Assembly: GCA_965649765.1 (NCBI GenBank) | Contig: OZ287758.1 | Location: 20,956,001 to 21,020,000, forward strand | Length of the DNA stretch: 64,000 nucleotides | Source of the DNA: Bispira polyomma | Lineage: Eukaryota | Direction of reading: 5' to 3' | Shown: positions 63,101 to 64,000 of the stretch, in pieces | How positions within the stretch are numbered: position 1 is the stretch's first letter | Layout: each line of letters starts with the position of its first letter | Made by a program: the position numbers and the translations under genes | The notes under the pieces: model-generated | Seen by the model: the letters and a program-made list of their open reading frames with translations, nothing else | What the model was told of the DNA's origin: nothing | Database searches by the model: none

Positions 63101-64000
63101 TTCTTCACTAGTATTTCAAACCTCATTTCTAAGAAAAATAGAATCCTGTTCTTTCAAAGTGATTAATTCTTTCTTTTTGTTCGTGTCAATGTCGGGGCAT
63201 TGGTCCCTCCCTGCTTCTTATCTGTAGCTGCTGAAAATCCTCTCTGCCATTACTAATAGATACAGCTGTATCTCGGAGATATAGCTCTCTATCTTAAAAG
63301 GTGCAAAGTAAGTAGTTAACTGTAAGTGTGGGCAGTGTGACTTGTTTTCAGGTATTATTTTTCTTGGGATTGTTGTACATTGTTGATAAAAAATATTACA
63401 TATCTGTGCCATGGCAATTAGACATGGGGGCAGTTTAAGCATAAAGTAATGATAGTACAAGTCAAGAGTAAACTATTGCTTTAAGTAAGATATATCTAAT
63501 TGGGGCTGTTGGTTAATATGCATATGAGCTAAATGAACTGGTGTAGGCTAAACAGAATGTTGAATTGGTCATGCTTAAGAACATATTCAAAGCAAGGAGG
63601 TGGGAGAGTGGAATTTAAACACTGTAAACCAATTGCATCTTATAGAAGCTAAAGGTAAAGAGTAGTACATTTAAATAAAAAGTGTAGCATTCTAACATTT
63701 TTGGTACCTTGAAGACATCTGTGAGTGTCATATGTACTTAAGGTGCCATTTTACCTGTAAAGGTGTTGCTGTATTAAAGGTAGTGGTATGCTTACAGCAG
63801 TCTTGAGGTGTTAACCAAAACCTCATCTAAGTCTCAGCCTAAAGCTCTTCTATTTAAATTAATACACTGCACACTTCTTGTTAAATGTCTATTGTGCCTT
63901 TAGCACGATTCTTCCCTTCAAAGTATCTTTTTGCAAGTAAGTATATTAGCTTACAAGCTTTCAGTTTGTGCTGCAAGGCTAAATAAAAGTTTATGCTTTT

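Noticed and set aside
1-64000. The many 60-105 aa ORFs in the track outside 22.5-27.2 kb and 33.5-34.0 kb
   Set aside because: No recognisable motifs. Many use TTG/GTG starts, overlap SINEs, MITEs or low-complexity DNA, or are antisense shadows of the retrotransposon ORFs.

Overview
AT-rich eukaryotic DNA, probably an invertebrate metazoan (inferred from composition and repeat types), mostly intronic or intergenic. The only long coding region is a ~5.7 kb tyrosine-recombinase (YR) retrotransposon of the Ngaro-like branch of the DIRS order at ~22.2-27.9 kb (+). It has a TATA promoter, a zinc-knuckle gag, RT/RNase H and a YR. The most interesting signal is how it appears to be expressed. A canonical -1 ribosomal frameshift cassette (A_AAA_AAC, 6 nt spacer, 9-10 bp hairpin) sits at the true gag end. 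An in-frame TGA replaces a zinc-finger Cys in gag. The YR ORF has no early ATG but is preceded by a splice acceptor in phase with donors in gag and pol. The copy lacks the duplicated terminal repeats expected of its group. The rest of the window holds tRNA-derived SINEs (three with clear TSDs), L2/CR1-group LINE remnants, a hAT-like MITE with an 8 bp TSD, other MITEs and a minisatellite. There is also a motif-rich promoter/first-exon candidate on the minus strand at ~45.9 kb and an old ~5.7 kb tandem duplication (50.5-61.6 kb) with unusually conserved islands. No host gene could be named with confidence.
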